Shown: positions 38,860 to 41,160 of the stretch, in pieces | How positions within the stretch are numbered: the stretch's first letter is position 1 | How the letters are laid out: each line of letters starts with the position of its first letter | DNA from: Bigelowiella natans CCMP2755 | Taxonomy: Eukaryota; Protista; Cercozoa | NCBI GenBank assembly: GCA_000320545.1 | Contig: ADNK01001718.1 | Coordinates: 1-41,160, forward strand | Length of the DNA stretch: 41,160 nt | Direction: 5' to 3' | Notes under the pieces: model-generated | What the model was told of the DNA's origin: nothing | What the model saw: the letters and a program-made list of their open reading frames with translations, nothing else | The model's database searches: none | Position numbers and translations under genes: made by a program

Positions 38860-39510
38860 TGCATGCTTGCTAGAACAGCATCAGTATTTCGCCACTAAGC
38901 GCTAATAGCAACGCGCCTTTTCATAGTAGCTCATCATTGAGCGCAGGCTAGCAGGAGCTGCTGGGAGGAACTAGCGAAGCTATTCTGTGCTAGCTAGCTA
39001 GCATGCTCTAGATGCTGTCTAGCTAGCTAGCTGTGATCGAGACGGATGCAATGAAGTGATTGAATCTTTTCAATGGTCATCCTAATGTACTAGTGTAGCT
39101 GCATGTCTCTGGCTAGCTAACTAGCTCTAGCTAGCTAGCTGTTGGAGTGAACTAGTGCATTTGCAGATTTGACATCTCTAGATCTTGCTAGCTAGCTAGC
39201 TTGTGCACATTCCATTGTCATTGCAACTCACGCTAGCTGCCTAGCTGCGTAGCGAGCTAGCGAGGTAGCTAGGCAGAGACACACCTAGACACAGTTTGCA
39301 GAGTCTAGGTGTGTGCTAGCTAGCTAGCACTACTAGACAAGTAGAGCACATCACTTGCTAGCATGCACACACAGTCTAGCAGTGCTTGCTGGCTAGCTGG
39401 CATGTCGAGCTAACGAGTGCTAGAGTGCACTCTGGCTAGCAGGACACCTGCGCTTTCTAGCCATCTAGCTGTACGCACGTTCACGAATGTGTGTATTACT
39501 AGATTAGTGC
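38860..39510. mobile_element. Extremely decayed repeat block, including an inverted LINE 3'-end at ~39039-39105, saturated with CTAG insertions
   Basis: gagacggatgcaatgaagtg...ttttcaatggtcatcctaatgta matches 14519-14569; about 20 exact or one-mismatch NNNN-(CTAG)n-NNNN units. Confidence 0.8.
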
Positions 39511-39701
39511 AACGAACACCAATGAGAAATGTGACGTGTTATGTAACTGCTGGTTAGTTCATACGTGCATACATAGGTGTCTAAAGTCCCGCAGGCATGT
39601 TTATGCTAAATATGTAGACGCATCCTGCTGCGATAAATGTTACAGCGATCTGATGAGAGAGGAGAGGAGAGGGAAGTGGAGAGAAACGGAAGTATGTATA
39701 C

Positions 39702-39743
<42 letters not shown>

Positions 39744-39989
39744 CAGTCAACGCCAAAAATGCATTACATTTGTAGATAAACTTCGTACAATTAATGATAT
39801 TAACGCTCTCTCTCTCTCTCTCTCTTACTGTCTCTATCTCAAAATCTAATTTGGGTATCTGCATACACTTTTTATCATTCATCATCATCATCATCATCAT
39901 CATTATTATTATTCTTGCGTGCGCTACTGCGCGAGCCAGCCACCATTGAGGCTGTGTGCATGGCACGCGTGTATCATGAAAGGCAAAAA

Positions 39990-40609
39990 CACAAACCTGT
40001 CTGATTATTGTATAGCACCAGTGGTGGGCAGTGAAGTTGGACAGGGCGCCTCCTACGACAATCTGAATGGCAGCAGTAGTAATATTATATGCTCCTGTGT
40101 GTCTTCGCGAGGGCAAAATGTCGAGCTAGGTGCTTGCTGCTTGCACAGAAGTAAGCGGCGACTAGATGATATCATTCTAAATCGCGATGTCTTTCCGGCG
40201 GACAACACGCTCATTATCGAAATATTCCGAGTCGTGGTGGTCGTGTCGAGAGGCAAAGATATATAAGTATATATAATATAAATAAATAAATATATATATA
40301 TATATATAAATTTATTTATTTATATTTGTATATGTCCATATGTTTACTCTGGAAATTCAGCTTCGGTAGAGAAGAAACCCGTGGCGAAATGAATATGATT
40401 TTTTTTTTTTTAAACTATAGTTTGCAATTGTTAGGTACCGTCATGATGAAGCTGAATATAAGGCATCCGTAGAAACCTTGATGCCAAATCCCTCCTAAAT
40501 ACCACGAGGCTAGAGGCACCTAAGGGAAGAAAATCTTCATCAAAAACGCACGCCAGCTTCTTCGCGAAAGATATCGGTGGAGGGTGCTTTGTCCTGCTTC
40601 CTAACCACC

Positions 40610-40654
<45 letters not shown>

Positions 40655-41127
40655 TCTCTCTTTCTCTCGTTTGCTCTCTCTTTCTCTCTCTTGCACGCGC
40701 ATTCTCTGCAGGTCAGATATCACCAACACCCGAACATCACTCCCAGCACTCCATTCATACATATCACCCTACATCATCATCATTATCATCATTCGGCTTC
40801 TTCCCCCTCCATCTGGAGAGAAGGTAGGAGAGAAAGAGCTGCTCACCAGTGCTCGGGCGCCGTAGCCAACAGCGCACATAATAACGCCCTTCCAGGGCTT
40901 CCCTGGGAGAAGGGGGGGGGGGGGGGGGATAAAAGAGCTTGCAATGAAAACGACAGCAAATTTCACAATACCAACAAGAGTGGAGAAACCCGCACATATC
41001 GGCGCAGGTGGCATGACAATATAATATGACGAGTGGAATAGGAAAGCAAGGACGACGCGCCAAATAACACCTCCAAGCTCATCAGGGTCTATGCCAAGGT
41101 CAACACGAGACCAGAAATCAACTAACC
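39990..41127 (-). CDS. Probable exons of a membrane protein entering from the right edge (possibly MFS-like)
   Basis: After the acceptor near 41128: LVDFWSRVDLGIDPDELGGVIWRVVLAFLFHSSYYIVMP...; a further exon at ~40440-40520 gives VPLASWYLGGIWHQGFYGCLIFSFIMT. Structure not resolved. Confidence 0.4.
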
Positions 41128-41160
41128 TGTGAGTGAGTGAGTGAGTGAGTGAGTGAGTGG

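Noticed and set aside
38980-39330. (CTAG)n as an ordinary tetranucleotide microsatellite or as Helitron 3' ends
   Set aside because: Runs are bracketed by arbitrary 4-bp duplications and favour 1 or 3 units; Helitrons make no TSD, and no subterminal hairpins accompany them.

Overview
Intron-rich eukaryotic nuclear DNA, probably from an alga with a secondary plastid such as a chlorarachniophyte. This is an inference from the many GT-AG introns with weak donors, the intronic (TA)n/(GA)n/(CA)n microsatellites and a bipartite-looking targeting peptide. Genes reconstructed by hand: a dually acylated protein with two SKICH-like domains and a RelA/SpoT-type nucleotidyltransferase domain, a DEAD-box helicase, a two-finger C2H2 protein, a kinase/coiled-coil/Kelch protein with an in-frame stop, an isochorismatase-family protein, an enkurin-domain protein, a multi-pass membrane protein, transketolase, and two partial genes at the edges. 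The most striking signals are two mutational signatures confined to the transposon-derived intergenic blocks. (1) TpA is almost completely erased on both strands (TA->TG or TA->CA), the opposite direction to fungal RIP; a ~3.1 kb LINE has about 6 TpA and no Tyr codons. (2) There are dozens of stereotyped 8-bp insertions made of CTAG plus a 4-bp target duplication (NNNN-CTAG-NNNN), often nested as (CTAG)3, and confirmed by empty-site copies inside the window. Together they look like a repeat-targeted inactivation or footprint system that I do not recognise as described. All counts and exon boundaries are manual.
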